DNA from: a virus
Length of the DNA stretch: 43,735 bases
IMG/VR virus record: IMGVR_UViG_3300045988_010188
Strand: one strand, 5' to 3'
Positions 32,242 through 41,480 of this stretch are shown here, one piece after another. The translations under genes were made by a program, and so were the position numbers. Under the pieces are notes generated by a model. That model was not told the DNA's origin. It was given only the letters and a program-made list of their open reading frames with translations, and ran no database searches. Within the stretch, counting starts at the first letter, position 1. Each line of letters opens with the position of its first letter.

Positions 32242-32610
32242 ATGAAAATGACGTTACGCATTAACGGCGTGGACTTTAACCCGTTTATTGCAAAGCAGGG
32301 CGTGAAGTGGCAGAGAGGGGACATAGATGCCCCCAATTCTGGGCGAACAATGGATGGTCAGATGCAGCGCGGAAGGGTGGCGACCAAAATCAGATTGGAC
32401 GTTACGTGCCGACCGCTGACAGCGGCAGAAGCCAAGCTGGTGCTGAATACGATTTTCCCGGAATACGTCACCGTGGATTACTATGACCCGATGTTTGGAT
32501 ACCGCAGCGGTGTAACCATGTATAGCAACAACAATCCTGCCAGTTTCTTGCTGACGAAACCGGACGATGACTGGTGGGGTGGGATCACATTTCCGCTGAT
32601 CGAGAGGTAA
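32242..32610 (+). CDS. Tail protein (distal-tail-like, small).
   Basis: Position after the tape measure gene. Confidence 0.4.
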   Translation: MKMTLRINGVDFNPFIAKQGVKWQRGDIDAPNSGRTMDGQMQRGRVATKIRLDVTCRPLTAAEAKLVLNTIFPEYVTVDYYDPMFGYRSGVTMYSNNNPASFLLTKPDDDWWGGITFPLIER

Positions 32611-32614
32611 CGAC

Positions 32615-33397
32615 ATGCAGAATGTATCAAATATCTATCGTCAGTTGATGGAAAAGCCGCATTGGGCGGAAGTTTCTGTTGCTGTTGGTGAGCGCTCAAG
32701 ACTTATCACAAGGCAGGGTGAGTGCATTACATTCGGCGGTGTGTCAATCTTAACGGGGTCTACTGGCGGAGACGGTGGATATCGGGAAGGAATGCTGAAA
32801 AACGTTAAGACTTCACATTCTGTTTTTCCCGGCGATACGCCCGGCGTTGGGAATTGCGTTGCCGGTAAAATTTCAGTTGAAATGCGGGTTCCGCTCGGTG
32901 AAATTCCAAAACGGGCGCGAATTGTGCCTTTTGTCAGGCTGACAGATGGAACGCTTACCTCAGAGTGGCTGCAAAAGGGCGTGTACTATTTAGATAAACG
33001 CGAGACGTTGAACCCGGACAGCGTTTTCCCAACGCTGCTGCTGACAGGCTATGACGCCATGCTGATGGCAGAAAAGGACTATCCGCCGGATACATCGCTT
33101 GCGTGGCCGTCAACAGACGAACAGGTGGTTCGAGAGATTGCCGATTATCTGGGGTTTGGCATTGATGCGCGTACATGGGACGTGCTGAATAAAAAATATA
33201 CGATACAGTATCCTTCCGGCTATTCCTGCCGGGAGGTGCTGGGGTATATTGCGGCAATGTATGGAGCCAATTGGCTTATGACGGATTCGGGAGAACTGAG
33301 GCTGCTGGCGTTAAACGGTATTCCGCCTGAAACGCGGTATCTGGTAACAAAAACCGGATACGCAATTACCTTCGGAGGGGTGAGGATTCTTGTCTGA
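32615..33397 (+). CDS. Tail or baseplate protein.
   Basis: Position. Confidence 0.4.
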   Translation: MQNVSNIYRQLMEKPHWAEVSVAVGERSRLITRQGECITFGGVSILTGSTGGDGGYREGMLKNVKTSHSVFPGDTPGVGNCVAGKISVEMRVPLGEIPKRARIVPFVRLTDGTLTSEWLQKGVYYLDKRETLNPDSVFPTLLLTGYDAMLMAEKDYPPDTSLAWPSTDEQVVREIADYLGFGIDARTWDVLNKKYTIQYPSGYSCREVLGYIAAMYGANWLMTDSGELRLLALNGIPPETRYLVTKTGYAITFGGVRILV

Positions 33398-34577
33398 AAG
33401 TGCAAACTTTAAAGTCGGTCGTGCGGCCAACAGCATTGAGTCCTCGCCTGTGCTGACCGGAATTTCTGCGGTGACGGTATATACGGATGAGGATGGCGAG
33501 GGTGTAAAAATCGGGTCAGATTCCGGTAGAAATGTTGATGTGACCAGCCCGTGGATCACAAGAGAAATTGGAGAAGACATCTTAGAACGGCTGAAAGGGT
33601 TTCAATACCAACCTTATACCGCGCAAGATGCGCTGCTAGACCCATCTGCGGAAATCGGCGATGCGATTACGCTGGATAAAATATACAGTGGAATCTATTC
33701 GACAGAAATCAATTTTAATTCGCTTATGCGTTGTACTGCTTCCGCCCCAGCAGATGAAGACCTGAATGAAGAAGCTCCGTACAAATCGCCTGCAACGCGG
33801 CGCGTGGCAAGAAAGTTTAAGGATGTATCAGCGCAGCTGCTGATTATGGCCGATCAGATTCTGGCAGAGGTCAAAGCGCGGGAGAGCGATACTGAATCTC
33901 TTACGGCGGCGCTGAACATTCAGGCCGGGAAAATCAGCGCCAAGGTAGACCGCAAGGGCGGGGATAATGCAAGTTTTGGATGGAGCCTGACGGCGGACGG
34001 ATGGACGCTGACCAGCAACGGCGGTACGGTGCTGAAAGCCGATAAAAGCGGGCTGAGCGTTACGGGCAAAATCACCGCCACCAGCGGCGTTATTGGTGGT
34101 TTGACGATCAAAGACGGATATCTGAGTACCAACGGCCAGACATGGGGCGGCACAAATACCACCGGCATTTATTTTGGCCCAAACGGTATCCAGCTTGGCA
34201 AGTATTTCACGGTTGACAGCGGCGGCAATCTGACCGCCTACAGCGGCAAATTTTTGGGAACAGTGCAGGCTGGGAGCATCGACTACGGCGGCAGCGCCGG
34301 GTATTTTGACGGAGCGGGACTTGCAAGCTTTTCTGTGGGCGGCGGTCAGATTGGAACAGATGCCATTGTGAACAGGCATATCACGTCCGGGTCAGTCTAC
34401 CCGAGTACATGCAATAGCACAATCAACGGTTACTTTGCGGATGTGATCTATGCAAATAAAGTTTTCGCCGGAAGTGCTGTTATAGATAAACTAGCCTCAA
34501 ACATTGTGAATGCCCTAAAGGGACTAAATTTTCAAGGAAAGTCCTTGTTCCTAAGTGACGGATATGTACGTTATTGA
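33390..34577 (+). CDS. Tail-associated or fiber protein.
   Basis: Position, and Gly/Ser/Thr-rich beta-like repeats (GGTVLKADKSGLSVTGKITATSGVIGG). Confidence 0.45.
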   Translation: MSESANFKVGRAANSIESSPVLTGISAVTVYTDEDGEGVKIGSDSGRNVDVTSPWITREIGEDILERLKGFQYQPYTAQDALLDPSAEIGDAITLDKIYSGIYSTEINFNSLMRCTASAPADEDLNEEAPYKSPATRRVARKFKDVSAQLLIMADQILAEVKARESDTESLTAALNIQAGKISAKVDRKGGDNASFGWSLTADGWTLTSNGGTVLKADKSGLSVTGKITATSGVIGGLTIKDGYLSTNGQTWGGTNTTGIYFGPNGIQLGKYFTVDSGGNLTAYSGKFLGTVQAGSIDYGGSAGYFDGAGLASFSVGGGQIGTDAIVNRHITSGSVYPSTCNSTINGYFADVIYANKVFAGSAVIDKLASNIVNALKGLNFQGKSLFLSDGYVRY

Positions 34578-34599
34578 TACAGCGGAGGAGGGTAATAAA

Positions 34600-34878
34600 A
34601 TGGACAAATTCAAAATAAATAACGGAACTATTTATGAATGCCCCTTTTGTGGCCTGGCATCTGTAGGTATTTTGTACGTGGATATTTTGGGTGTGACCCT
34701 GTTAGACGCTTTGACTGCGTTCAGCGTGTCCGCTAACACGCGGCACATGGAATACGTTGCGGGGGAAGAAACGACAGTCTATGACGGATACACGAAGATT
34801 ATCGGCGTTGAATACGCCTACAACGATTCCAGTGCCGTGCGTGTAGCGCTGCGGCGACCGTATGAGGGGGAGAAATAA
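34600..34878 (+). CDS. Hypothetical tail-module protein.
   Basis: GGAGGAGG RBS before ATG 34600. Confidence 0.5.
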   Translation: MDKFKINNGTIYECPFCGLASVGILYVDILGVTLLDALTAFSVSANTRHMEYVAGEETTVYDGYTKIIGVEYAYNDSSAVRVALRRPYEGEK

Positions 34879-35039
34879 TGCACATGAAGGAAACCTTATC
34901 TGCCATCATCACCACACTGAACGGTGTGGAGGTGCGGGGTAAAAACAACCTTGACCGGCTGTTGGCGTGTATCAATGCGCTGGAAGCGCTGACGGCGGCG
35001 ATAAATACTGAGGACAAGGAGGACGCTGACAATGGCTGA
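34878..35039 (+). CDS. 53-aa hypothetical protein (below the track cutoff).
   Basis: TAATG overlap start. Translation MHMKETLSAIITTLNGVEVRGKNNLDRLLACINALEALTAAINTEDKEDADNG. Its stop overlaps the next gene. Confidence 0.45.
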   Translation: MHMKETLSAIITTLNGVEVRGKNNLDRLLACINALEALTAAINTEDKEDADNG

Positions 35040-36825
35040 TAAAGCAATATCCGAGCTGGTAGCAGCGGAGCAGATCAAGTCAACGGACATGTTTGTGCTG
35101 GAACAGGACGGTACGGCAAAGCGCCTGCAAGGGCAGACGCTGTTGAACTGGCTGACGGCAGCGGCTGACGGTCACGGCGGTATTTCCAATATTGCCAAAA
35201 CCGGTACGGATGGGCTTGTGGACACCTACACCATTACGCTGGCCGACACTACCACGAAAACCTTTACCGTGACCAACGGCAACGGCCTGACAGCGTTTGA
35301 AAAGCTGTCTACGGTGGGGCTGGTGGATACGTACCGCTTCACCCGGTCGGACGGCACATACTTTACGTTTGCGGTGGCCAACGGCGCAAAGGGTGATACC
35401 GGCGAGGCAAGTCACGTCTGGATTAAATACGCCAGCCAGCAGCCAACGGCGTCCAGCCACAGCATGGGCGACCTGCCAGATGCGTGGATGGGCGTGTATT
35501 CCGGCGCGGCGGCAGAAGCCCCTGATGACTGGCAGCAATACACGTGGTATCAAATCAAGGGAGAAAAGGGAGACACCGGAGCCGCCGCCACTGTGACGGG
35601 TACAACGGCGGAGTACATGGTATCTGATTCCGGGACGATTGTCCCCAGCGGCAGTTGGAGCACCACAATCCCCACCGTACCGCAGGGCAAATATTTGTGG
35701 ACGCGGGTTACGACCACCTTTAACACCGGCAGTCCGGCTGTCAGCTATTCCGTGACGCGGATGGGCATTGACGGCACGGGGTCTGTCAGCTCTGTCAACG
35801 AAAAATCCCCCGACGAGAGCGGCAACGTGTCACTGACCGCTGCGGACATTGCCACAAGCGGGGGCGAAAGCGTGGAAGCAAAGCTGAATACGTTGGACGA
35901 AGAAAAGCAGCCACTTTTAACTCCCGGCGATAACATCTCCATTAGCGGCAGCGTGATCGCTACCAAGGCGTTCCCGTGTAATCCAAACATGCTGGACAAC
36001 TGGTACTTCGGCAAGCCAGTGAATCAGCGGGGGCAGACGAGCTATACGGGCGGGGGATATGGAGTTGATAGGTGGAAAACGGGCGAGGGTGTTGCCGCCG
36101 CACTTGCAAATGGGGCATTGAACATCTCTTATAGCACGCCCGGATGGAATTTAGTTGAACCTCTAGACAATATGCTGGTTCCGGGGGTAACGTATACACT
36201 CTCGTGCATTTACAAAGCATCTGTAAATCCGATACGTCTTGTTGTAGCATGGGGCGATTCCTCGTTTTTTTACAATGAGGCTTCCCCAATATCTGATGAT
36301 TGGGCACTTGCTCAGATCACTGGCACCATTCCAGCAAATGCAACGATTAGTTTCAACCAGGTAGTTATTCAGTCTCTCGGTTCGAGTGCTGGTGATTTCT
36401 CGCTGAAAGCCGTCAAACTGGAGCTTGGCTCCCAGCAGACCCTTGCCCATCAGGAGAATGGCGTGTGGGTATTGAACGAGGTCCCCGATTACGGGGAGCA
36501 GCTGCTGCGGTGTCAGAGGTACTATCAGATCATCGAACAATACAGCGCCTATGCCGGGGCGGCAGATAGTAACGGCAATCTGCTTGTGCCGATTTACCCC
36601 AGCCCTAGTATGCGTGTCAGACCTTCCATTGCGTTCGAGGGTGCTTCAGGGGCTTCCTTGGGAACTGCTTATTTCACGGATGGAACAAAAGCGGACGTAA
36701 AACGATCTCCAGCGACTGGTGGAAATGGGGCTTTCTTAAACCTCAACTTTACCAACATTGGGAAAACTAATTTAGGGGCAATCTTCCGCACTACAGTCAA
36801 GGCTACGTTGTCTGCTGACCTATAA
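35032..36825 (+). CDS. Tail fiber or receptor-binding protein.
   Basis: 597 aa. The N-terminus MADKAISELVAAEQIKSTDMFVLEQDG is typical of fiber proteins. Also contains KGDTG repeats. Confidence 0.55.
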   Translation: MADKAISELVAAEQIKSTDMFVLEQDGTAKRLQGQTLLNWLTAAADGHGGISNIAKTGTDGLVDTYTITLADTTTKTFTVTNGNGLTAFEKLSTVGLVDTYRFTRSDGTYFTFAVANGAKGDTGEASHVWIKYASQQPTASSHSMGDLPDAWMGVYSGAAAEAPDDWQQYTWYQIKGEKGDTGAAATVTGTTAEYMVSDSGTIVPSGSWSTTIPTVPQGKYLWTRVTTTFNTGSPAVSYSVTRMGIDGTGSVSSVNEKSPDESGNVSLTAADIATSGGESVEAKLNTLDEEKQPLLTPGDNISISGSVIATKAFPCNPNMLDNWYFGKPVNQRGQTSYTGGGYGVDRWKTGEGVAAALANGALNISYSTPGWNLVEPLDNMLVPGVTYTLSCIYKASVNPIRLVVAWGDSSFFYNEASPISDDWALAQITGTIPANATISFNQVVIQSLGSSAGDFSLKAVKLELGSQQTLAHQENGVWVLNEVPDYGEQLLRCQRYYQIIEQYSAYAGAADSNGNLLVPIYPSPSMRVRPSIAFEGASGASLGTAYFTDGTKADVKRSPATGGNGAFLNLNFTNIGKTNLGAIFRTTVKATLSADL

Positions 36826-36836
36826 GGAGGGGCACC

Positions 36837-37199
36837 ATGAATACCGAAATTTCAAAATCAAAGGTCTACGCCCTACTGGACGAGAGAAGCCGCGTCATCC
36901 GTTGCGAGGGCGGGTATACCATGAACAACATCGATGACGTGAGCAAGTGGACGTACATCGACGAGGGCACGGGGGATAGGTACAACCTGTGCCAGAGCCA
37001 CTATTTTGATGCACTGTACACTGAGCAGGGCATCCCCCGGTATAAGTACGAGGATGGCGCTTGCGTGCTGCGGAGTGAGGCGGAAATCGCGGAGGACGTG
37101 GCAAACCTGCCGCCTCCTGCACCTGTGGAGCCGACATCTGCGGAGGCGGTGCAGTACAAGGCCGCGCTGAAAATCCTTGGTATCGAAACGGAGGAATGA
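36837..37199 (+). CDS. Hypothetical protein (fiber-associated).
   Basis: Position only. Confidence 0.45.
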   Translation: MNTEISKSKVYALLDERSRVIRCEGGYTMNNIDDVSKWTYIDEGTGDRYNLCQSHYFDALYTEQGIPRYKYEDGACVLRSEAEIAEDVANLPPPAPVEPTSAEAVQYKAALKILGIETEE

Positions 37200-37200
37200 T

Positions 37201-37605
37201 ATGAGAACTGACATTCTGGAACAGGCGAAAGCACTTCGCGCCAGCATGGACGCGGCTGCGGCTGTCCTGACTGATGAACAGGCGGCAAAAGCACCGATGA
37301 TCTATCGCCCGTGGAGCAGTGACAGCGTGGCCTACGCTACCGGTGACAGATGCCTGTACGGCGGCGTGCTGTACAAGTGCCTGCAAGGGCACACCTCGCA
37401 GGGAGATTGGGCACCGGAGGCCGCTGTCAGCCTGTGGGCAAAGGTACTGATCCCAGATCCTACCGTGATCCCCGAGTGGCAGCAGCCGGAGAGCACCAAT
37501 CCCTATATGAAAGGGGATAAGGTGACATATCAGGGCAAAACGTGGCAGTCTACTGTTGACAACAACGTGTGGGCACCGGGCGTGTACGGATGGGAGGTGG
37601 TTTGA
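37201..37605 (+). CDS. Carbohydrate-binding (CBM5/12-like) protein.
   Basis: Two repeats of the type YKCLQGHTSQGDWAPEAAVSLW and YQGKTWQSTVDNNVWAPGVYGW. Confidence 0.55.
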   Translation: MRTDILEQAKALRASMDAAAAVLTDEQAAKAPMIYRPWSSDSVAYATGDRCLYGGVLYKCLQGHTSQGDWAPEAAVSLWAKVLIPDPTVIPEWQQPESTNPYMKGDKVTYQGKTWQSTVDNNVWAPGVYGWEVV

Positions 37606-37606
37606 T

Positions 37607-37909
37607 ATGTGGCAGTATATTATCCCAGCCATCAGCGCCATTGTCGTGGCGGCTCTGACCAGCGGCGGCCTATGGGCACTGGTGGGCAGGCGCGCAGATA
37701 AAAACGATGCAGAGCGAAAGATGCTGGTGGGGCTGGCTCATGATCGCATCATCCATCTGGGCATGACCTATGTCCAGCGCGGCGAGATCACACAGGACGA
37801 ATACGAAAACCTCAACGATTATCTCTATGCTCCATATGAGAAAATGGGTGGCAACGGCAGCGCCAAGCGCGTGATGGAAGAGGTGCGCCGCCTGCCGATT
37901 CGGAAATAG
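37607..37909 (+). CDS. Membrane protein of the lysis module.
   Basis: N-terminal TM segment IIPAISAIVVAALTSGGLWALV. Sits upstream of the holin gene. Confidence 0.5.
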   Translation: MWQYIIPAISAIVVAALTSGGLWALVGRRADKNDAERKMLVGLAHDRIIHLGMTYVQRGEITQDEYENLNDYLYAPYEKMGGNGSAKRVMEEVRRLPIRK

Positions 37910-37942
37910 CTGACAGGGCGAAAGCCCGGAAAGGACAAGAAG

Positions 37943-38170
37943 ATGAAACTGAATGACAGAATTTACGATGTGCTGAAATGGGTGGTCATGATCGTGCTGC
38001 CTGCCGTGGCCACGCTGTACGCGGCGCTGGCCCCCGTCTGGGGCTGGCCCCGGCCCGATGACGTGGTGCTGACCCTGAACGCCGTGACGGCCTTTGCAGG
38101 CGCTTTGCTGGGCGTCTCTACGGTACAGTACAACAAGACCAAGGCAAACGGGGGCAGTGACAATGCCTAA
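37943..38170 (+). CDS. Holin (Dp-1/LL-H-like pattern).
   Basis: 75 aa with two TM segments (VLKWVVMIVLPAVATLYAAL and VTAFAGALLGV). Overlaps the endolysin start. Confidence 0.7.
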   Translation: MKLNDRIYDVLKWVVMIVLPAVATLYAALAPVWGWPRPDDVVLTLNAVTAFAGALLGVSTVQYNKTKANGGSDNA

Positions 38171-38861
38171 TATCTTTCTCAGCCCGGAAGACCGGGCCAG
38201 CAACGTCTACGCCAGCGAAGCGCTGTGGAACGGGCACACCACCAACGAGAAAGAGCAGATGGGCCGCTGCGCCGATTATCTGGAAATCGCGCTCAAGCGC
38301 TGCGGCTTCGAGGTGATCAACGCGCAGTATGGCAACATGTACGACCGTGTCAGCGCGTCCAACAAATGGCCTGCCGACCTCCACATCGCCCTCCACACCA
38401 ACGGCTTTAACGGCAAGGTAGCGGGGACGCGGGTGCACTGTTACCCCAGCGAAAAAAGCCGCGCCATCGGACGGCTGATTCAGGATCGCATTGCCCCCAT
38501 GTCCCCCGGCACATCCGAGCGGCTTATTGAGGATACGCGCCTTTATGAGCTGCGGGTGCCCACCATGCCTGCGGTGCTGCCGGAGTTCGGCTTCCACGAT
38601 AACCCGGAGGAGGCCCGGTGGCTCATCGACAACATGGAGGCCATTGCAGAGGAAACCTGCAAGGCGGTGTGCGCGTTCTTCGCTGTGTCCTACATCGCGC
38701 CGGACAAGCAGCTTGACGTAGAGCCGGAGCCGGTGCCCGATTCGGGCACGATCTACCGGGTGCAAGTGGGCGCGTTCCGCAAAAAGGAGAACGCGGAGGC
38801 ATACTTGCAGAAAGTACGCGAAGTGTTGCCAGAGGCGTTTATCGTTGAAGCGAAAGCGTAA
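38163..38861 (+). CDS. Endolysin: N-acetylmuramoyl-L-alanine amidase with a C-terminal SPOR domain.
   Basis: DLHIALHTNGF...PEFGFHDNPEEARWL matches the amidase pattern. IYRVQVGAFRKKENAEAYLQKV matches the SPOR pattern. Confidence 0.8.
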   Translation: MPNIFLSPEDRASNVYASEALWNGHTTNEKEQMGRCADYLEIALKRCGFEVINAQYGNMYDRVSASNKWPADLHIALHTNGFNGKVAGTRVHCYPSEKSRAIGRLIQDRIAPMSPGTSERLIEDTRLYELRVPTMPAVLPEFGFHDNPEEARWLIDNMEAIAEETCKAVCAFFAVSYIAPDKQLDVEPEPVPDSGTIYRVQVGAFRKKENAEAYLQKVREVLPEAFIVEAKA

Positions 38862-38937
38862 AGCAAAAAATCTGAGCGAGGCGTGAGGCTACGATCCGCC
38901 GCCCTCCGTCTCCGCGCAAGCTCCGCAAGCTCACGGC

Positions 38938-39189
38938 GTGGGAATCAGCATGAATCCGACACATCGTGATATCCGGGCAAAGCTACAGTCTATGGCACCC
39001 CACCGGGCGGTGAGTTTCATCGCCGGTCTGGGATTGCCGGGGGACGAAGCATTTTTCCTGATCGAGTGCGACGTAAAAGGCAAAAGCTACGCACAGCTAT
39101 GCACACAGCATTATGTTACGCCGGAATACATCAACCGGCGCAGACGACGCGCTTACGGGAAAATAGCAGACCATATAAAGAATTTATAG
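38938..39189 (+). CDS. Small sigma-70 region-4-like or HTH regulator.
   Basis: KSYAQLCTQHYVTPEYINRRRRRAYGKIADHI. Alternative start at ATG 38950. Confidence 0.45.
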   Translation: MGISMNPTHRDIRAKLQSMAPHRAVSFIAGLGLPGDEAFFLIECDVKGKSYAQLCTQHYVTPEYINRRRRRAYGKIADHIKNL

Positions 39190-39193
39190 TCAA

Positions 39194-39240
39194 AAGACCA
39201 AACAATGACCATTTATCGGCCATTTGTTTGGTCTTTTTTG
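39194..39240 (+). terminator. Intrinsic terminator ending the late/lysis operon.
   Basis: GACCAAACAA...TTGTTTGGTC hairpin followed by T6. Confidence 0.75.
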
Positions 39241-39272
39241 CTTTACAATTTAGTTAACAAGGAGGTGCGGAC

Positions 39273-39653
39273 ATGACATATTTCAATTCCTATCAGCCGA
39301 TGGGTTACGGAGGCCCCTACGGATACCCTTCTGGCGGCCCTCAGAGCGCAGCAGGAGGCCCGCAGGCGTTTATGGGGCAAGTTACCCGCGTGAACGGCAA
39401 GGGCGGCGCTGAGGCGTTCAGAATGGCTCCCAACAGCTCCATCCTGCTGATGGACGAGCATGACCCTATTGTTTGGCTCAAGACAACGGACGGCGCAGGA
39501 TATGCCACGGTGACGCCGTACTCGGTGGCCCCCTACCAGCCCGCGCCGGTGGTGGATGTCAACAGCCTGGAAGATCGTGTGAAAAGATTGGAGGAGATGC
39601 TGAGTGGCAAACCCGATGATGCAGATGTTAAACGGAGGAGCAAAGACGAATAA
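39273..39653 (+). CDS. Gly/Tyr/Pro-rich protein (cassette gene 1).
   Basis: AAGGAGG RBS. N-terminus MTYFNSYQPMGYGGPYGYPSGGPQ, followed by a globular part. Confidence 0.65.
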   Translation: MTYFNSYQPMGYGGPYGYPSGGPQSAAGGPQAFMGQVTRVNGKGGAEAFRMAPNSSILLMDEHDPIVWLKTTDGAGYATVTPYSVAPYQPAPVVDVNSLEDRVKRLEEMLSGKPDDADVKRRSKDE

Positions 39654-39816
39654 TCCGCTGGCGATGGTGGCGGAGTTCCGCAAGTTCGCGGCGGGCATGA
39701 CGCCGCAGAAAGCGGAGGCGGAGATCAACCGTTTGCTTTCTTCCGGACAAATGAGCAAAGAGCAGTTTGCAAACTTGCAGGAGCAAGCAAAGATGTTTGC
39801 GCAATTCTTGAGATAA
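39604..39816 (+). CDS. Small helical protein (cassette gene 2).
   Basis: GGAGGAG at 39590-39596 lies 7 nt before GTG 39604. Overlaps the end of gene 1. Confidence 0.5.
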   Translation: MANPMMQMLNGGAKTNNPLAMVAEFRKFAAGMTPQKAEAEINRLLSSGQMSKEQFANLQEQAKMFAQFLR

Positions 39817-39868
39817 ACCGGGTCGACACGGATTATCATATAATTTTTGATGGAAGGAGCAACACACT

Positions 39869-40474
39869 ATGGGCGAAAATATGAGCCTGTCCGATATCGC
39901 CGCCGTCACTCGCGGCGCGGACAATGACGGCTGGGGTTCCGGTTGGTTTCTGATCGTCGTACTGTTTCTCTTTATGTTCGGCTTCGGCAACAACGGCTGG
40001 AACCGGCAGGGAGAGTTTGGCCAGTACGCCACGGCAGCCAGCCAGCAGGAGATCCTTTTCGGCCAGCAGTTCGGCCAGATCAACGACCGCTTGACCAATA
40101 TTGGCAACGGCATCTGTAACCTCGGCTACGAGATGCAGGGCAATATTGGCCAGCTGGGCAAGGAGATGGCGCTGGCGCAGAACGGCACCAACATGACCAT
40201 CATGCAGACCGGAAACAGCATTCAGGCGCAGCTGGCGGAATGCTGCTGCAACACGCAGCGGGCCATCGACGGCGTGAACGCCAACATCGAGGCCAAATTC
40301 GCCGCGCTGGAGAAGTCCCAGCTGGAGCAGCGGATCGCGGAGCAGTCCGCCCGCATCGCCAGTCTGGAGATGGACAACCGCATGTATGGAGTGGTGCGTT
40401 ATCCCAACGGCTACACCTACAACGCGGGCATGTCCCCCTTCTGCGCAGGCGGATGCGGCTGCGGCAACGTGTGA
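39869..40474 (+). CDS. TM plus coiled-coil protein with a Cys-rich tail (cassette gene 3).
   Basis: GWGSGWFLIVVLFLFMFGFGNNGW (YjcZ-like tiny-TM motif, from memory), Gln/Asn-rich coils, CCCNTQ, and a C-terminal CAGGCGCGNV. Confidence 0.65.
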   Translation: MGENMSLSDIAAVTRGADNDGWGSGWFLIVVLFLFMFGFGNNGWNRQGEFGQYATAASQQEILFGQQFGQINDRLTNIGNGICNLGYEMQGNIGQLGKEMALAQNGTNMTIMQTGNSIQAQLAECCCNTQRAIDGVNANIEAKFAALEKSQLEQRIAEQSARIASLEMDNRMYGVVRYPNGYTYNAGMSPFCAGGCGCGNV

Positions 40475-40524
40475 GTTGTTGCATAATTTGCAACAACCAG
40501 TACGCCCTTTCAGGCGAGGCAAGC

Positions 40525-40554
40525 GGGGCGGCAATAGCTGCCCCGTATTATTTT
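40525..40554 (+). terminator. Terminator-like hairpin inside the cassette.
   Basis: GGGGCGGC-aata-GCTGCCCC followed by GTATTATTTT. A second perfect 9-bp hairpin lies at 40475-40497. Confidence 0.5.
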
Positions 40555-40569
40555 GAGGAGGGAAATATT

Positions 40570-40971
40570 ATGAGCAAATCTGCTATCTATACCACCAACA
40601 CCAGCAAGCCCACCATCGCCGTGGGCGGTGTCGTGCCAGTCGGCGTGACCACGCGCCGGTTTGGCTGCAACATCAAGCAGGACGGCAACACCATCACTCT
40701 GTGCGGACAGGGCTACTATCTGGTCAACGTCAGCGCCACCGTAGCGCCCACCGCCGCAGGAGCCGTCTCTTTGACTGTCCAGAAGGACGGCGTGGAGATC
40801 ATCGGCGCGACCGCGACAGAGACTGCTGCCGCTGCCAATGATGCGCTGAATCTTGCCATCACGGCGCTCATCCGCAACGCCTGCGGCTGCGAAAGCAGCA
40901 TCCTGTCCCTGATTCTGGGCGGCACCGAGGCCGTGGTGGAGAATCTTGCCGTCACGGTCGAGAAACTGTGA
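40570..40971 (+). CDS. Beta-rich protein resembling a BclA C-terminal / C1q-like domain (cassette gene 4).
   Basis: GAGGAGGG RBS. The pattern ITLCGQGYYLVNVSATVAPTAAGAVSLTVQKDGVEIIGA is recognised from memory only. Confidence 0.6.
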   Translation: MSKSAIYTTNTSKPTIAVGGVVPVGVTTRRFGCNIKQDGNTITLCGQGYYLVNVSATVAPTAAGAVSLTVQKDGVEIIGATATETAAAANDALNLAITALIRNACGCESSILSLILGGTEAVVENLAVTVEKL

Positions 40972-40979
40972 GGTGCGGC

Positions 40980-41291
40980 ATGAAACTGATCCAGAAGCTG
41001 TCCGAGATGGTCGATGAAGAAATCGGTGACGCTCACAAGTACGTCAAGTGTGCGCTGGAGTACAAAGACACCAACCCCAACCTGTCGAAGGTGTTCTTCG
41101 ACCTCTCCGGCGCGGAGATGCAGCACATGACCATGCTGCATACCGAGGTGGCGAAGCTGATCGAGAAGTACCGGCAGGAGAAGGGCGAGCCGCCCGAGGG
41201 CATGAAAGCCGTCTATGACTATCTGCACCAGAAGCAGATCGACAAGGCGGCGGAGGTCAAGACCTTGCAGGGGATGTATCGCGGGACGTGA
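40980..41291 (+). CDS. Four-helix (ferritin-like?) small protein (cassette gene 5).
   Basis: MKLIQKLSEMVDEEIGDAHKYVKCALEY...EMQHMTMLH. Confidence 0.6.
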   Translation: MKLIQKLSEMVDEEIGDAHKYVKCALEYKDTNPNLSKVFFDLSGAEMQHMTMLHTEVAKLIEKYRQEKGEPPEGMKAVYDYLHQKQIDKAAEVKTLQGMYRGT

Positions 41292-41304
41292 CGGGCAAAA
41301 TTTC

Positions 41305-41376
41305 ATCTGTAATTTTATCTGTAATTTTTTGCTGATAATTACAGATAACTACCAAAATAGCGTTATGAATTACAGA
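41305..41376. promoter_or_regulatory. Arm-type integrase binding-site candidates (P arm).
   Basis: ATCTGTAATTTT in tandem at 41305 and 41317. Inverted AATTACAGAT at 41337-41346 and AATTACAGA at 41368-41376. Confidence 0.6.
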
Positions 41377-41415
41377 ACGCTGATAGCCATCAAACCCGCA
41401 TAAGCACAAGAAAAA

Positions 41416-41446
41416 CCGGGGAATCGTTGTGATTCCTCGGTTTCTT
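41416..41446. terminator. Bidirectional terminator hairpin next to the tRNA fragment.
   Basis: CCGGGGAATC-gttgt-GATTCCTCGG, flanked by A5 on one side and TTTCTT on the other. Confidence 0.6.
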
Positions 41447-41450
41447 GATT

Positions 41451-41480
41451 TGGCGCGGAAGGAGGGATTTGAACCCTCCA
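41451..41480 (-). other. attP core candidate: the 3' end of a tRNA gene (T-arm, acceptor 3' strand and CCA).
   Basis: The minus strand reads GAGGGTTCAAATCCCTCCTTCCGCGCCA. It lies directly downstream of int. Confidence 0.7.

Noticed and set aside
38917-38934. Tandem CGCAAGCTC 9-mer upstream of the sigma-like gene.
   Set aside because: There are only two short copies in a GC-rich spacer, with no supporting context.
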